This document shows positions 38,780 to 49,337 of a stretch of DNA of 64,000 bases, piece after piece. Both the position numbers and the translations under genes were made by a program. Origin of the DNA: Candidatus Moraniibacteriota bacterium (GTDB taxonomy: Bacteria; Patescibacteriota; Minisyncoccia; Moranbacterales; UBA1568); contig CP064975.1 of the NCBI GenBank assembly GCA_016699425.1, positions 526,098 to 590,097 on the forward strand. The letters are read 5' to 3'. The notes below the pieces were generated by a model. That model made no database searches and was not told the origin of the DNA. It saw nothing but the letters and a program-made list of their open reading frames with translations. Every line of letters begins with the position of its first letter. Position 1 is the first letter of the stretch.

Positions 38780-39568
38780 CTACCCGCAGTCCCACGGGCG
38801 CTCCGCGAGATGCTGTTCATACTTCTCTAACGTCGGGGCATTGCGGGTGGTTACGGTCCGGTGCGTCTCGGGTAATACCTGGTAACCGACGATCTCATAC
38901 ATGAGCACAGTGCGCGGCATTGGTTCAAACTCGCCTGGCTGTGGCGTACGGAGTCGATAGAAGATACGGAGCGGTTGACCGGAAACACCCCAGATCGGAT
39001 AACGCTTGGCAGCTCCGAACGGGATGAAACAGGAGAGTATTTCCTTTTTGTGAGTTTCTGGATTATCCCTCACCACGTAGATATTGAATCCCTTCTTCTG
39101 AGTGTTCCAGTCATCACCAGCTGGATAGCTGATGTAACCGTCGAGGCAGTGATTCACCGGCTGGGTGAGTTCTAGCCAGATCCCCCACTCGGTCTCAAAG
39201 CGCTGGCCACGGCCATGCTGCAGCCACCAGCCCGCAAAGAGTTCGGTCAATCCGATGCCCGACCAGGCCCACAGCTCCCGTATATCGAGCCCGAACCACC
39301 ACGTCAGGTTGATGATCACCGGGACGAGGACCCAACCCACTTGATCCCAGCGACGGTTCAGATACTGGACGAACAGCGGCGGAATAGCGCGCGCGCCGAC
39401 ATCGGTCTTCCGGCGCTCTTCATACAGCATGAGCATATCCCGCAATCGGGAAAGACCGAAACCTGACCAAGTGAACCACAGGCCAAGAATAACGGAGGCA
39501 AGGAAAACAAATGTCCCCTGCATGATTTCCGCGCCGAAAAAGGCGAAGAGAAGCGAGAGATAATCCAT
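38780..39568 (-). CDS. Membrane protein with a C-terminal soluble domain (tandem paralog 1), hypothetical
   Basis: Start at MDYLSLLFAFF with AAAGGAT upstream. The architecture is shared with 39852..40697 (IPPLFVQYLNRRWDQVGWVLVP / …RIFYRLRT). Confidence 0.55.
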   Translation of the reverse strand: MDYLSLLFAFFGAEIMQGTFVFLASVILGLWFTWSGFGLSRLRDMLMLYEERRKTDVGARAIPPLFVQYLNRRWDQVGWVLVPVIINLTWWFGLDIRELWAWSGIGLTELFAGWWLQHGRGQRFETEWGIWLELTQPVNHCLDGYISYPAGDDWNTQKKGFNIYVVRDNPETHKKEILSCFIPFGAAKRYPIWGVSGQPLRIFYRLRTPQPGEFEPMPRTVLMYEIVGYQVLPETHRTVTTRNAPTLEKYEQHLAERPWDCG

Positions 39569-39851
39569 GTGCGGATCCTTTGTGAGTGAGCGTCGATTAT
39601 GTGACGCAGGGTGAATTGGGAAGGGACGAAATCTTTCAAACATCAGTGTCATCAAATCAGCACTGACACCGACACGCGACCCAAAAACTCCAGTCGAGTG
39701 CCCATCAACATACCACAACTCGTCTGCTATGTAAAGAAAGAGCCGGAGTATCCAGGGGTGCTGGACTCCGGCGAAGGAACGAAACGGCGGGCCTACGCTG
39801 TTCAGTTTGTTTCATCTATTCCTGTCGGCTCACCTGGTGGTCGCTGAGCCA

Positions 39852-40697
39852 CTACAGTCTCGCCGCTTCCGCGTCTGGACTGACGGGTTGAGACTGCGCC
39901 AGCGCCTCGACTCTGAGGATGACGCCACTGACAGCCTCGGGCAACTCGTCGATCAGCGAGCCATCATCATCTCGCGTTTCACGCGGGCGATAGATAATCC
40001 GGACCAGCTGATCAGACCCGAAATACCGGACCGCGTAATCAGCATCAGATTCGGAGTAGACAAAGAGCCTGTGGGTCCACACTATTCGGCCATCGGCTAT
40101 CACCTTGAAGGTGATTTGCCGTCCATAATAAGTGCGTTCAAACGGCGCTGTCTGATCGGTGATCCTCCCTTCGAGGACACGGTTTGCTGCTTCCGTTAGC
40201 TGCTCATACCTGAGCCAATCGGATGTCAGTCGTACACGCCGCTGCCGCCGAAGCCACAGACCGAGCCAGACCTCGGCACCGAGGATGAGAAACCACCAGA
40301 TGTTCAGGAAGCGTTCTTCAGGCGGGAAGAGAGACCACAGACCCATATTGACGAGCAGCGGCACGAGGAACCACCCCCATACCCGCCAAACAATACCTTC
40401 GTAATACCGGACGAACTGCGGCGGCGGGATGATGGCTCCAACAACTGAATGCCGCTGAACCGCATACACCGCACACCAACCACAGAGTGTCGCCGTTTTG
40501 ACGGGTTGAAGCACGTAGACGAAACCGAGAAACACCGAGATGCCGAGAAAAACAGCGGTGTGAAACAACGGAGAAGCCCATACTTCATTCATAGCTAATC
40601 CTTTCAGAAGAAGCGCTAGTGGCGCGAGAGAGTGGGAAAGAACCGTACTGCCAATTATTCCGATAGCAGTGAAAAAGGGATAGGGCACACGCGGCAT
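39852..40697 (-). CDS. Membrane protein with a C-terminal soluble domain (tandem paralog 2), hypothetical
   Basis: IPPPQFVRYYEGIVWRVWGWFLVP…RIIYRPRET. Start set at MPRVPYPFF with AGGGGA upstream. The start is uncertain. Confidence 0.55.
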   Translation of the reverse strand: MPRVPYPFFTAIGIIGSTVLSHSLAPLALLLKGLAMNEVWASPLFHTAVFLGISVFLGFVYVLQPVKTATLCGWCAVYAVQRHSVVGAIIPPPQFVRYYEGIVWRVWGWFLVPLLVNMGLWSLFPPEERFLNIWWFLILGAEVWLGLWLRRQRRVRLTSDWLRYEQLTEAANRVLEGRITDQTAPFERTYYGRQITFKVIADGRIVWTHRLFVYSESDADYAVRYFGSDQLVRIIYRPRETRDDDGSLIDELPEAVSGVILRVEALAQSQPVSPDAEAARL

Positions 40698-40751
40698 GTC
40701 ATATCCCCTTTTCACTACTGGGAAGCCTCCAGCTTCCCACGATACCACCTC

Positions 40752-42101
40752 TTACTCGAGCGCAGACCAGGTACTCGGCCGATTCAAGATGAAACTTTTT
40801 TGATCCGTCTCGTCGCCCACTCCGATGACGGTCACCGTGACGGGCACATCATTGAGTCCCGGTTGCTTCTCGATGAGCAAATCATAGTCAGCCGCCGTGA
40901 TCGTTTTTGGCAAGACATAATTCCAGGTCACAGTCTTGGTCGTTCCGAGCGGCACCTGGACAATCGCCCCAAAGTACTTATGCCCCAGTTCGCTCCCAAA
41001 GACCGCCGGTTTGGCCGCACCAGTGACAGATTCGAGCCAGCTCCCTTCGGGCACATAGATCCGAGAAAACGACTGATAGTCCTTTGTCATGTAGTCCTTT
41101 TCTTTGGCCGTGTGCTCATAGGTCACGACGAGTTTCGCCTTGGGTGCCTCACCCGAGAGATCGATGGTGTAATCCATCTTCCGCCGCATCCGATAATCAG
41201 TCTTGAATGCATTCAGGTTTGAATCGACCGCGAGGAGATAATCCTGTTTCCACTCTTGATTGACCTCGCCGCTCCACCCGGCCGATCGGACCACCTGTTG
41301 CAGTCCTTCGTCCTTGAACGAAATTTGAATGTCTTTTTTGTGAAGGTCATCCAGAACCACTTTGAAAAGTTCATACTTTCCTGACACGGGCAAGGCCTTC
41401 GCCTTTTCGAGGATGATGTCACCGAGGAGATTCATGATGGATTTGCGTTCGCCCCGGGTAATCCCCTGCTTATAAAACGCCTGCTCCACCTGATACTCCA
41501 GATCGAGCACACCCGTCTCAGCATCGAATTCCCCTGGATAGCCGGGCACCTCGACGGGGCCGACCACCGAGAGAAACGACGTCAGGACATTGGTCGTGAT
41601 ACCGATCACCCCGTCGAGTGTCTCTTCGCCTTTACCCATCCGATAAAAATCCTCCGCTACTTTCGCATTCACCGACCAGTCCGGCGAGACATTGGAATCA
41701 CGGAGCTTGAGACTTTTGACCCCAAGTGTCTCGGGCAAAGGATATGGAGCCGGGACCGTGTCCGGAATCCGACCGTCGAAGTTGACCACATCATGCGAGG
41801 CGAAGTCCGTGATCGATCCATCCTTCACCTTCAGGATACCGAACGAGCCGATGAAGCCACCGCCCGGACGAAGCTCCATATTGTTTTGAAACAAGACGAG
41901 GAAGATACGTTCTTCACCTGCGGTATTCATGAACGCTCCAGCGAGTTTGGTCAGAGTCGCGAGATCACCCGTCAGTTCCCCGCCGAACAGTCCGTCGCCC
42001 ACATCGTTCATCCGCGTCGTCCAATAATACCCACCGACGAGGAGGATGACGACGATGACGAGGGTAGTCGTGAAGAAAAGTTTCATCGTGGGTATAAGCA
42101 A
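40752..42101 (-). CDS. Membrane-anchored extracytoplasmic protein resembling the DUF4012 family (polysaccharide-locus associated)
   Basis: N-terminal TM, then ELRPGGGFIGSFG. Assignment is from memory of the family motif. Confidence 0.55.
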   Translation of the reverse strand: MLIPTMKLFFTTTLVIVVILLVGGYYWTTRMNDVGDGLFGGELTGDLATLTKLAGAFMNTAGEERIFLVLFQNNMELRPGGGFIGSFGILKVKDGSITDFASHDVVNFDGRIPDTVPAPYPLPETLGVKSLKLRDSNVSPDWSVNAKVAEDFYRMGKGEETLDGVIGITTNVLTSFLSVVGPVEVPGYPGEFDAETGVLDLEYQVEQAFYKQGITRGERKSIMNLLGDIILEKAKALPVSGKYELFKVVLDDLHKKDIQISFKDEGLQQVVRSAGWSGEVNQEWKQDYLLAVDSNLNAFKTDYRMRRKMDYTIDLSGEAPKAKLVVTYEHTAKEKDYMTKDYQSFSRIYVPEGSWLESVTGAAKPAVFGSELGHKYFGAIVQVPLGTTKTVTWNYVLPKTITAADYDLLIEKQPGLNDVPVTVTVIGVGDETDQKSFILNRPSTWSALE

Positions 42102-42110
42102 TGATGACTT

Positions 42111-43331
42111 CTACATCTTACCACTCAAAAGCTCATTCAGACGGCGACGATAGTCTTCGCGTGTCGGTTCATGCGTTTGTGGTTCGGTCGGCTCAGTCTT
42201 CGCAACCTCCGGAAAGACCGGTTCAGCAGCGGCCGCATTAGCTTCGGCGGTCGCATCGATGTCGGCCTTCATGAGCCGAGCCTGCGCCCCCTGAAGCGGC
42301 GTGATCGGTCCGTCGACAATCGGCAAATTGTCCGGCGCGGCAGCATGCGACACATAACCCGCCGACACGTCTTCGGTCAGTCCAGCCCGTTCGGCTTCAT
42401 AGGACAGCGAGTGATTATCCTCAGGCAATTGGCCATCCTCAACCGTCCATTCTTCAGTTTCTATGGCCGCCTCCTGCTCGATTGCTTCTGCCGCCGCTGT
42501 CTTGGCATATTCCCCCGTTTCCACCGTCTCTTCCGCCTGCCCTTCAGCAGTCGTATCAATCATCTCGGACGGCATGGCTGACATGTCCGATGCAGTCGGT
42601 TCGGGTGCAACGACTGGTTCTGTTACTGATTCTTCCGGCACGAGGGTTTCCGATTCGGCCGGCGAGACCGACTCTTCATGTCCCCAATAGGTCGGCACCC
42701 GTGGCTTGAAAGTCTCGGACGAGATGACGTATTCGCCGTCTCCCGGACGACGGCTGTGCCGCTCCGGGAATACCCACTCGATCAGCCGGTAGATAGAGAA
42801 GAAAAGCGTGGTGAAAAACAGCGCCGTCGCTACTGCCGAGAAAAGGAAGCGCGGCCAGGCGGTGAAGCGCGGGATGATCACGAGATCACCAACGATGCGG
42901 ATATCGATATCGGTTTTCTGATTGTAGTACCGGCTGGCAGTCCGGACGAGCTCCGCGACGATCGCCTGCGTCAGTTGCTCTGCTTCATCACTGTCGTCAC
43001 CGTGCGACGAGACATGGATGACATCACTTTGGCCGACAGAACGGACCTCGGTCCGGTCCTGCCAGATCGCCCGACGTTCCGCGGGCGTCTTGCCGGCGAA
43101 CGGACTCTCGAGGGTATCGGTTGCCGCGTACACTGCAAGCGCAAATGACGTCTCGCGTGACAGAGCCACGAGATTGGCCGCGGCGCCGGTGGCAGAAACT
43201 GTCTTGGGCAAAATGAACAGCGACATCTCACCCGAATAGCCGCGCAGTTCGTCCATCCAGAACAGTCCCGCTGCGAGGAGGAGCGGGACGAAGACAGCCC
43301 AGAATGATCGACGGAAGAGATTAGACAACAT
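42111..43331 (-). CDS. Polysaccharide co-polymerase (Wzz/chain-length-determinant-like) with an acidic C-terminal tail
   Basis: Two TM helices flank a ~190-aa extracytoplasmic domain, followed by an E/T/A-rich tail. Start set at MLSNLFRR. The tracked ORF extends to 43472. Confidence 0.5.
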   Translation of the reverse strand: MLSNLFRRSFWAVFVPLLLAAGLFWMDELRGYSGEMSLFILPKTVSATGAAANLVALSRETSFALAVYAATDTLESPFAGKTPAERRAIWQDRTEVRSVGQSDVIHVSSHGDDSDEAEQLTQAIVAELVRTASRYYNQKTDIDIRIVGDLVIIPRFTAWPRFLFSAVATALFFTTLFFSIYRLIEWVFPERHSRRPGDGEYVISSETFKPRVPTYWGHEESVSPAESETLVPEESVTEPVVAPEPTASDMSAMPSEMIDTTAEGQAEETVETGEYAKTAAAEAIEQEAAIETEEWTVEDGQLPEDNHSLSYEAERAGLTEDVSAGYVSHAAAPDNLPIVDGPITPLQGAQARLMKADIDATAEANAAAAEPVFPEVAKTEPTEPQTHEPTREDYRRRLNELLSGKM

Positions 43332-44490
43332 GTTTGGTAATCCAGTGGTAACCGCTCGGCTGAGCATTGATCGTCTCTTGATAGACACCCGCCGTCTGGC
43401 GAGCGATGGCGTCCCAGCTGAAGGCCGCATCAATACGCGTTCGAGCCGACTCGCCGAGCCGCTTGGCCTCATCGGGCCGATTGATATAGTGCGCCATCTC
43501 CTGCTTCAGCGCTTCGACATCTTTCACGGGGAAAACCGCTCCGTACCCGCCGCGAATCACTTCGAGATTGGGAGCGATATCGGACACGACCACCGGAAGT
43601 CCATAAGCCATTGCTTCGAGCAAGGCCATCGACATCCCTTCATTTTCGGATGGCTGGACGAAGAGACCGGCATGCGTGAAGAGTGCGGCCAACCGCTTCC
43701 CTCGCAGTTCGCCGATGAAGAGGATGTTCTTCCGTCCGGCGGCCATCGTCCGCAGATACTTCTCATAGTCCGGCGTATTGGCTGGGGCACCGACGATGAC
43801 AAGTTTGTAGTTATTTGGCAATTTATTGGTATCCTCGAGCTCCATGAATGCCTTGATGAGAAAATGGATACCTTTGTGACCGACGAGACGCGAGACGGAC
43901 AAGGCATAGCGACCCGGTCGCAGCCCCCACTCCAAGAGGACATCCGGAGAGGCAACCATCTCCACCTCTGCACCGTTCGGGATATACACCGCATCGCAAT
44001 GGTAAAAATCCTTGGCGTACTGAGCGAGCTCTTGGCTCACCGTGATCGTCCGTTCGGGGACTTTGCAGGTGAAGAACTCCGCCGCCTTCAGAAAGTTCTG
44101 TGCGAAGAATCCCCACTTCTTGTGGAAGTAGTCACGGCTGTGGAAGGTCGAGATGACGCGTGTCTTCGGTTTCAGAATGCGCGGAATGATCGAGAGGATA
44201 GACGGTCCGATCGAGTGGTAATGAATGACATCGTAATCCTGAAACAGCGCGTGCACGGTCGCAAGGAAAGAATGCGTGATCGCGTCAAGGTGCTTGGTCG
44301 AGATAGACGGCAGCGAGATAAGCCGGACGCCCCGAAACGAGCTCAGCTCTTTGGGGGTATAGTTGGGGCGTGTATAGACGGTCACCTCATGCCCAATCTG
44401 CACCAGACGCGCGGAAAGCTTTTCGACATGCTTTTCCACGCCACCCGACCGCGTTGGGATGCCCTTTTGACCGATGAAAGCGATTTTCAT
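43321..44490 (-). CDS. GT4-family glycosyltransferase
   Basis: GGVEKHV… N-terminal motif and EX7E motif EGMSMALLEAMAYGLP. Confidence 0.85.
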   Translation of the reverse strand: MKIAFIGQKGIPTRSGGVEKHVEKLSARLVQIGHEVTVYTRPNYTPKELSSFRGVRLISLPSISTKHLDAITHSFLATVHALFQDYDVIHYHSIGPSILSIIPRILKPKTRVISTFHSRDYFHKKWGFFAQNFLKAAEFFTCKVPERTITVSQELAQYAKDFYHCDAVYIPNGAEVEMVASPDVLLEWGLRPGRYALSVSRLVGHKGIHFLIKAFMELEDTNKLPNNYKLVIVGAPANTPDYEKYLRTMAAGRKNILFIGELRGKRLAALFTHAGLFVQPSENEGMSMALLEAMAYGLPVVVSDIAPNLEVIRGGYGAVFPVKDVEALKQEMAHYINRPDEAKRLGESARTRIDAAFSWDAIARQTAGVYQETINAQPSGYHWITKHVV

Positions 44491-44733
44491 AGCGGTTCTA
44501 AACCAAAGGATTTAACGGTGTACAGTAGCAAAGAATGAGTCTTCTGTCAAGCCTATTTTCGACTAGAGCGACGAGTGGGGAAAATGGGCGATCAACTCAC
44601 TTGAAATCCTCATTTTGAGGAAGCCCCTGTTCCGTCGACGGATGCCTGCTGGAGCCAGTGGCTTCTGGGTGAGAAAAAAGCATAAAACTGGCTACTCTGT
44701 GCCAGTTCCATGCGACCCACAAGACACTCCTCA

Positions 44734-45669
44734 TTACCGAATCCGAAGTACCGATGAGATGGTGCCAAGACGATTGCCTTCATAACGATTGGTCGCGGTG
44801 AGCGTGAGTCCGGAGAAATCACCGTTTCCCGCCCGTACCACACGCGCGATCGCATACCGACCATTGTCGATGAACGTAGCCTTCTTGAATCCGATCGAAC
44901 CGGCCGAGCCATATGAGTTCACCTCCACACCTTCGCGGCCATTCCGGCGGATGGAATTGTCCTTGCTCCAGAATGAGGCACCGTCGATGGTCAGTTTGAA
45001 ACCCGAACCCCGGTTTTCGAGCACACGGTTATCCTCGAACCAGGCCTTCACTTCAGCGATGAGATCGACGCCATCACCATTGCCAGTGATATCGGTCCCG
45101 GTGACGATGAGGCTACGCTTGTCGGAATAGATACCGGCCAGTCGATTGTTCTTGATGACTGACTGATCGATAATAACCTGCTCTTTTTTGTCACGAGAAC
45201 CACGGTCGATGTGGATGCCGTCGCGGGTGCTCCCCTTGACGACAGAACGCACGATTTTGGCCCGGGCATGCTCCACGACGCGCACGCCATGACGCCCACC
45301 GACGATGGTGAGCTTATTGATCTCGGTATCATCCTTCATGGTGATGACCGGCTGGTCCGGATTGTCGGCCTTGATAACGACATCGTCCATGTTCTTGCCA
45401 CCGACGAGTTTGACATCCTTGGGCAGAGTGAGGTTTTCCTTGTACGTTCCCTTAGCGACATACACGGTTGTCGAGCCCTTGGCCTGCTTCAACGCCTTGG
45501 AAATAGTGCGATATGGATGGCTGTAGGAACCGTCCTGATTGCCCTTATTGTCCTCGTCGACGTAGATCGACTTGGAACCCCCGAGCACGACGACGGGGCC
45601 GAGGATCAGCGCAAAGAGCACCACGGCGAGGAGGCCATTCTTCCACTGGAGAGCGAGTGAGCTGTTCAT
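44734..45669 (-). CDS. Secreted right-handed parallel beta-helix repeat protein
   Basis: Signal-anchor. Repeated …NRLAGIYS…VTGTDITGNGDGVDL… PbH1-like repeats. Confidence 0.65.
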   Translation of the reverse strand: MNSSLALQWKNGLLAVVLFALILGPVVVLGGSKSIYVDEDNKGNQDGSYSHPYRTISKALKQAKGSTTVYVAKGTYKENLTLPKDVKLVGGKNMDDVVIKADNPDQPVITMKDDTEINKLTIVGGRHGVRVVEHARAKIVRSVVKGSTRDGIHIDRGSRDKKEQVIIDQSVIKNNRLAGIYSDKRSLIVTGTDITGNGDGVDLIAEVKAWFEDNRVLENRGSGFKLTIDGASFWSKDNSIRRNGREGVEVNSYGSAGSIGFKKATFIDNGRYAIARVVRAGNGDFSGLTLTATNRYEGNRLGTISSVLRIR

Positions 45670-45761
45670 AGTTGCGTCATTGAGCGAATAAAGCGGTAAC
45701 CCACGATGCTACCAGAAGACGCCAGTTTTGTCAATTCCCCGCCGGTCGGCTACTATGAAGG

Positions 45762-47897
45762 ATGAAAACAACACACAACATGTCCCTCCAGAGCCTGTTT
45801 GCCCCCCGGTCCATCGCCGTCATCGGGGCCTCGACGACTCCAGGAAGCGTCGGGAACGATGTCGCCAAAAATCTCATTGAGAGTGATTACTCCGGTGATG
45901 TGTATCTCATCAATCCGAAGACCGATACCCTCTTGGGCCGGGTGTGTTATCCGTCCATCGATGCTGTCCCTGGATCCATCGACCTGGCGATCATCATCGT
46001 CCCAGCAAAAATCGTCCCCGCTGTACTGCGCGAAGCGGGCGAACGACTCGTCCGTGCCGCCATCATCATCAGCGCCGGATTCAAAGAAAGTGGTCCTGTC
46101 GGTCAGGCCCTCGAGTCCGAAATCGTCACCATCGCCGAGGAATACAATATCGCGGTCCTCGGGCCGAACTGCCTCGGCTTCATCAATCCCCGACATTTCC
46201 TCAACGCTTCTTTCGCCTCGTCCATCCCGACAGCTGGATCGATTGCGTTTTTCTCCCAGAGCGGCGCCCTCACCAGCGCCTTCCTCGACCTCACCAAGGG
46301 TGTCTTCGGATTCTCGCTCTTCGCCTCGATCGGGAACAAGGCTGTCATCGATGAACCCGCCCTCCTCGAATACTTGTTCAAAGATGAGGCCACTCGGACC
46401 ATCGGTCTGTACACCGAAAACCTGTCCGATGCCGCCCGCTTCATCACCCTGGGCCGGGACAATCTCCGTTCGAAGCAGGCCAAGCCGATCGTCGCCCTAA
46501 AAGCTGGGACGACTGCGGCTGGGACCAGCGCATCGAGCTCACACACGGGTGCTGTCGCGGGGAGCGATGCCGCCTACGATGCGCTCTTCCGCCAGGCGCG
46601 GATATTTCGGGCAGCGAGTTTCGAAGCCCTCACCGAACTCCTCCTCGTCCTCGATCAGAACCCTGTCCCACGCGGCAAACGGATCGCGATCGTGACCAAT
46701 GCTGGTGGACTCGGTGTCCTCGCGACCGATGCCAGCATCAAGGCCGGACTCGAACTCGCAACACTCGCGGATGGGACCGTCGAAAAGCTCCAGGCGGTGT
46801 TGCCACCGGCGGCCAATACACATAATCCCATTGACGTGCTCGGTGATGCGCTCGCGGACCGCTATACCAAGGCACTCAATATCGTCGCGGCCGATGCGGG
46901 TGTCGACCTCCTCCTCGTCATCCTCACACCTCAGACGATGACCGAAGCAGAGCGCACGGCTGAGGCAATTGTGAAACTCCGTAAAGCATTCCCCCAACTC
47001 CCGATCACCACAGTCTTTTCGGGTGATCGGCTCGTCTTTCCTGGACAAGAAGTGCTCCGAAAGGCAGGTATCCCAAATCTCCTCTACCCCGAGTCTGGTG
47101 CCCGAGCACTCGGAGCGCTCGCTGAGTTCGGAGAGTGGTGTCGCTCACTTCGGACTGAGTCTCCGACAATCCTGGCAGTCGACACAGATCGGGCCCGCCA
47201 GGTACTCGCCGAGGCCCGCGCGGCCGGACAGACGCAGCTCGGCGAAGGATCAGCCGCTCGATTTCTGTCTGCCTATGGTTTTCCGTTTCTGAGAAGTGCG
47301 CTCGTCACATCGCATGATACAGCGGACGCTTTTGCCCGAGACATGGGTGCTCCCATCGCGCTGAAAATCGCCTCGCCGGACATCATCCACAAGTCCGATG
47401 TCGGCGGTGTCATCCTCAACGTGAAACCCGAAGAAGCGGCGGTCTCATACGAACACCTCCTCGCCACCGTCCGGATCCATGCGCCCCACGCGCGAATCGA
47501 TGGTGTCATGGCCGTTGAGATGGCCGCAGCCGGCGGACGTGAGCTCCTCTTGGGGCTGAAGCGTGAACCCGGCCTGGGTACGCTCGTCGTCGTGGGCCTC
47601 GGCGGTATCCATGTCGAGACCTTCCGGGATATCGCCATGCGCTTCGCTCCGCTCCTCCCGTCGGACATCGATGCGATGTTGGATGAGCTCCAGTGTCTCC
47701 CGCTCCTCCTCGGTACCCGCGGTGAAACCGGCATTGATCTCGGCCAACTGAAGGTATACCTCGCACTTCTGTCGCAAATCGCGGTCGACTTCCCCGAAAT
47801 CGTTGAGCTCGATATCAATCCGCTCCTCGCCTTCCCTGATGGCGCAGCCTTCCGCATCCTCGATGCCCGGCTCCGGCTCAAAAGTGATAGTAATTAA
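45762..47897 (+). CDS. Acetate--CoA ligase (ADP-forming), fused alpha/beta (NDP-forming acyl-CoA synthetase)
   Basis: N-terminal CoA-binding domain (SIAVIGASTTPGSVG…INPK), succinyl-CoA-synthetase-like flavodoxin domains and a C-terminal ATP-grasp. Confidence 0.85.
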   Translation: MKTTHNMSLQSLFAPRSIAVIGASTTPGSVGNDVAKNLIESDYSGDVYLINPKTDTLLGRVCYPSIDAVPGSIDLAIIIVPAKIVPAVLREAGERLVRAAIIISAGFKESGPVGQALESEIVTIAEEYNIAVLGPNCLGFINPRHFLNASFASSIPTAGSIAFFSQSGALTSAFLDLTKGVFGFSLFASIGNKAVIDEPALLEYLFKDEATRTIGLYTENLSDAARFITLGRDNLRSKQAKPIVALKAGTTAAGTSASSSHTGAVAGSDAAYDALFRQARIFRAASFEALTELLLVLDQNPVPRGKRIAIVTNAGGLGVLATDASIKAGLELATLADGTVEKLQAVLPPAANTHNPIDVLGDALADRYTKALNIVAADAGVDLLLVILTPQTMTEAERTAEAIVKLRKAFPQLPITTVFSGDRLVFPGQEVLRKAGIPNLLYPESGARALGALAEFGEWCRSLRTESPTILAVDTDRARQVLAEARAAGQTQLGEGSAARFLSAYGFPFLRSALVTSHDTADAFARDMGAPIALKIASPDIIHKSDVGGVILNVKPEEAAVSYEHLLATVRIHAPHARIDGVMAVEMAAAGGRELLLGLKREPGLGTLVVVGLGGIHVETFRDIAMRFAPLLPSDIDAMLDELQCLPLLLGTRGETGIDLGQLKVYLALLSQIAVDFPEIVELDINPLLAFPDGAAFRILDARLRLKSDSN

Positions 47898-47973
47898 AGA
47901 AAAAGCGCCCAGGATCCATTCGGACCCCAGGCACTCAAGACCTCGTTTGTTTTGAAATCAAGTCCAGACTCCC

Positions 47974-49337
47974 TCAATAGACCGTGATGGGACTACTCAC
48001 CGTGCAATTGTTGGCTTCATTTGACTCTGTGACCGCACTTTGATAATCAGCGCAACCCTTGAAGTAGTACGTGCCACGGGCACTGATCTTCATGCCGCCA
48101 TCGTACTGCTCGCGTTCTTCACAACCGATGCAGAGTTTGGAAGCCTCGGTCCCATCATCGGTAATGTACGTCCAGGTACCGCCCGTGCCCGGACCCATGA
48201 ACCAGTACGAGCTCCGGATTGCTGCTGGTGAGGGAGCGGTGCCGACGTTTTTCACGTACATCGCTGGATAGAACTTGCTCCCCGCCTTGATCGACGCTGA
48301 CCCACCCGCTGGACCAACCGCTCTCACGATGAAGTCGGGTTGGGGTGGTGGTTTGGGCGCCAACGTCACCGTCAGGCTGGCTGAGTTGTTGGTCTCATCT
48401 GTTTCCGGTTGTGTTCCCTGGTAGTCGGTGAAAAAAGAGAGGGTGCAGGTTCCGACCACATTCGGCAATTGAACCGGGGTGAGGGTCTCTTCCCAAGCAC
48501 TCGCACCAGCCGTGAGGCTGCTGGCCATGGTGCCATCGTCAGTGAGCAGTATGTTCGATCCCCCATTGCAGGAAACCGTGTAGGCACTGCGGATGTCAGC
48601 TGTGGCATTGACCGTGCCTTGATTGGTGATGGTGGCGCCGAGACGGACGAAGTCGCCAGCGTAGGTAGGGGCTTGGAGGAGGGTGAAGCCGCTCGGGGTG
48701 AGGTCGACATCGGGGACGTTGACTGTCCCTTCGACGACTTCAATCACTGCTTCGGTACTGCAGTTGTTGGACTCGTGCTTTTCGTCGTGCTCGCCGCCGT
48801 TGTTGTGATCGTCCTGGGGATGATCGATACAGGCGACAATATTGTAAATGCCGGGTTCCGTGATCCACTCCCGGATGACCGTATTCTTGGTCTCGGTGTG
48901 GGTATCGCCCGGTTTCAGGTTGTCGCACTGAGTCGTCGTACTGTCGAGCCTCCGCCAAGCACCGTCTCCTGAGTGGGGATCCTCCTTGTAGCCCCGGGAG
49001 AGGTAGAAGTGACTGGTGATGGTGGTGGGTTCGCCGTCCTTGATGGGACAGGTACCTTCTCCGATGTTTTCAAACTGGGCTTTGGTGTTGAAGGATTCGT
49101 TCAGGCCATACTTGTACGTCTCCGTGCCCCAGGGGGTGGTGAGCCAGGTGCGTTTGGTGATGAAATCGGGGGGGACGAGGGTGGGTGGCGCTACGCTTTG
49201 GATGGGATAGCCCTGCCCCGTACCGTAGACGGCTTTCGACGCGTTCCCGGCGACGACCGTACCCGTGTAGACATTGATGGTGTTGATGGTCCAATTCGTG
49301 CTCATCGCTTGCGCAATTTCCTGAGCACTGGCTGTCT
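47974..49337 (-). pseudogene. C-terminal ~450-aa beta-rich domain of an IS-disrupted secreted M23-peptidase fusion gene
   Basis: The tracked ORF 47974..49305 (MSTNWTINT…) has no signal peptide and no RBS. Its frame is open upstream through 49328 and joins in-frame, across IS copy 1, with the M23 segment (…GETA-S-AQEIAQA-MSTNW…). Confidence 0.7.
49329..49337. repeat. 9-bp target-site duplication TGGCTGTCT (left) of IS copy 1
   Basis: An identical 9-mer sits at 50541..50549, immediately outside the inverted repeats. Confidence 0.8.
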
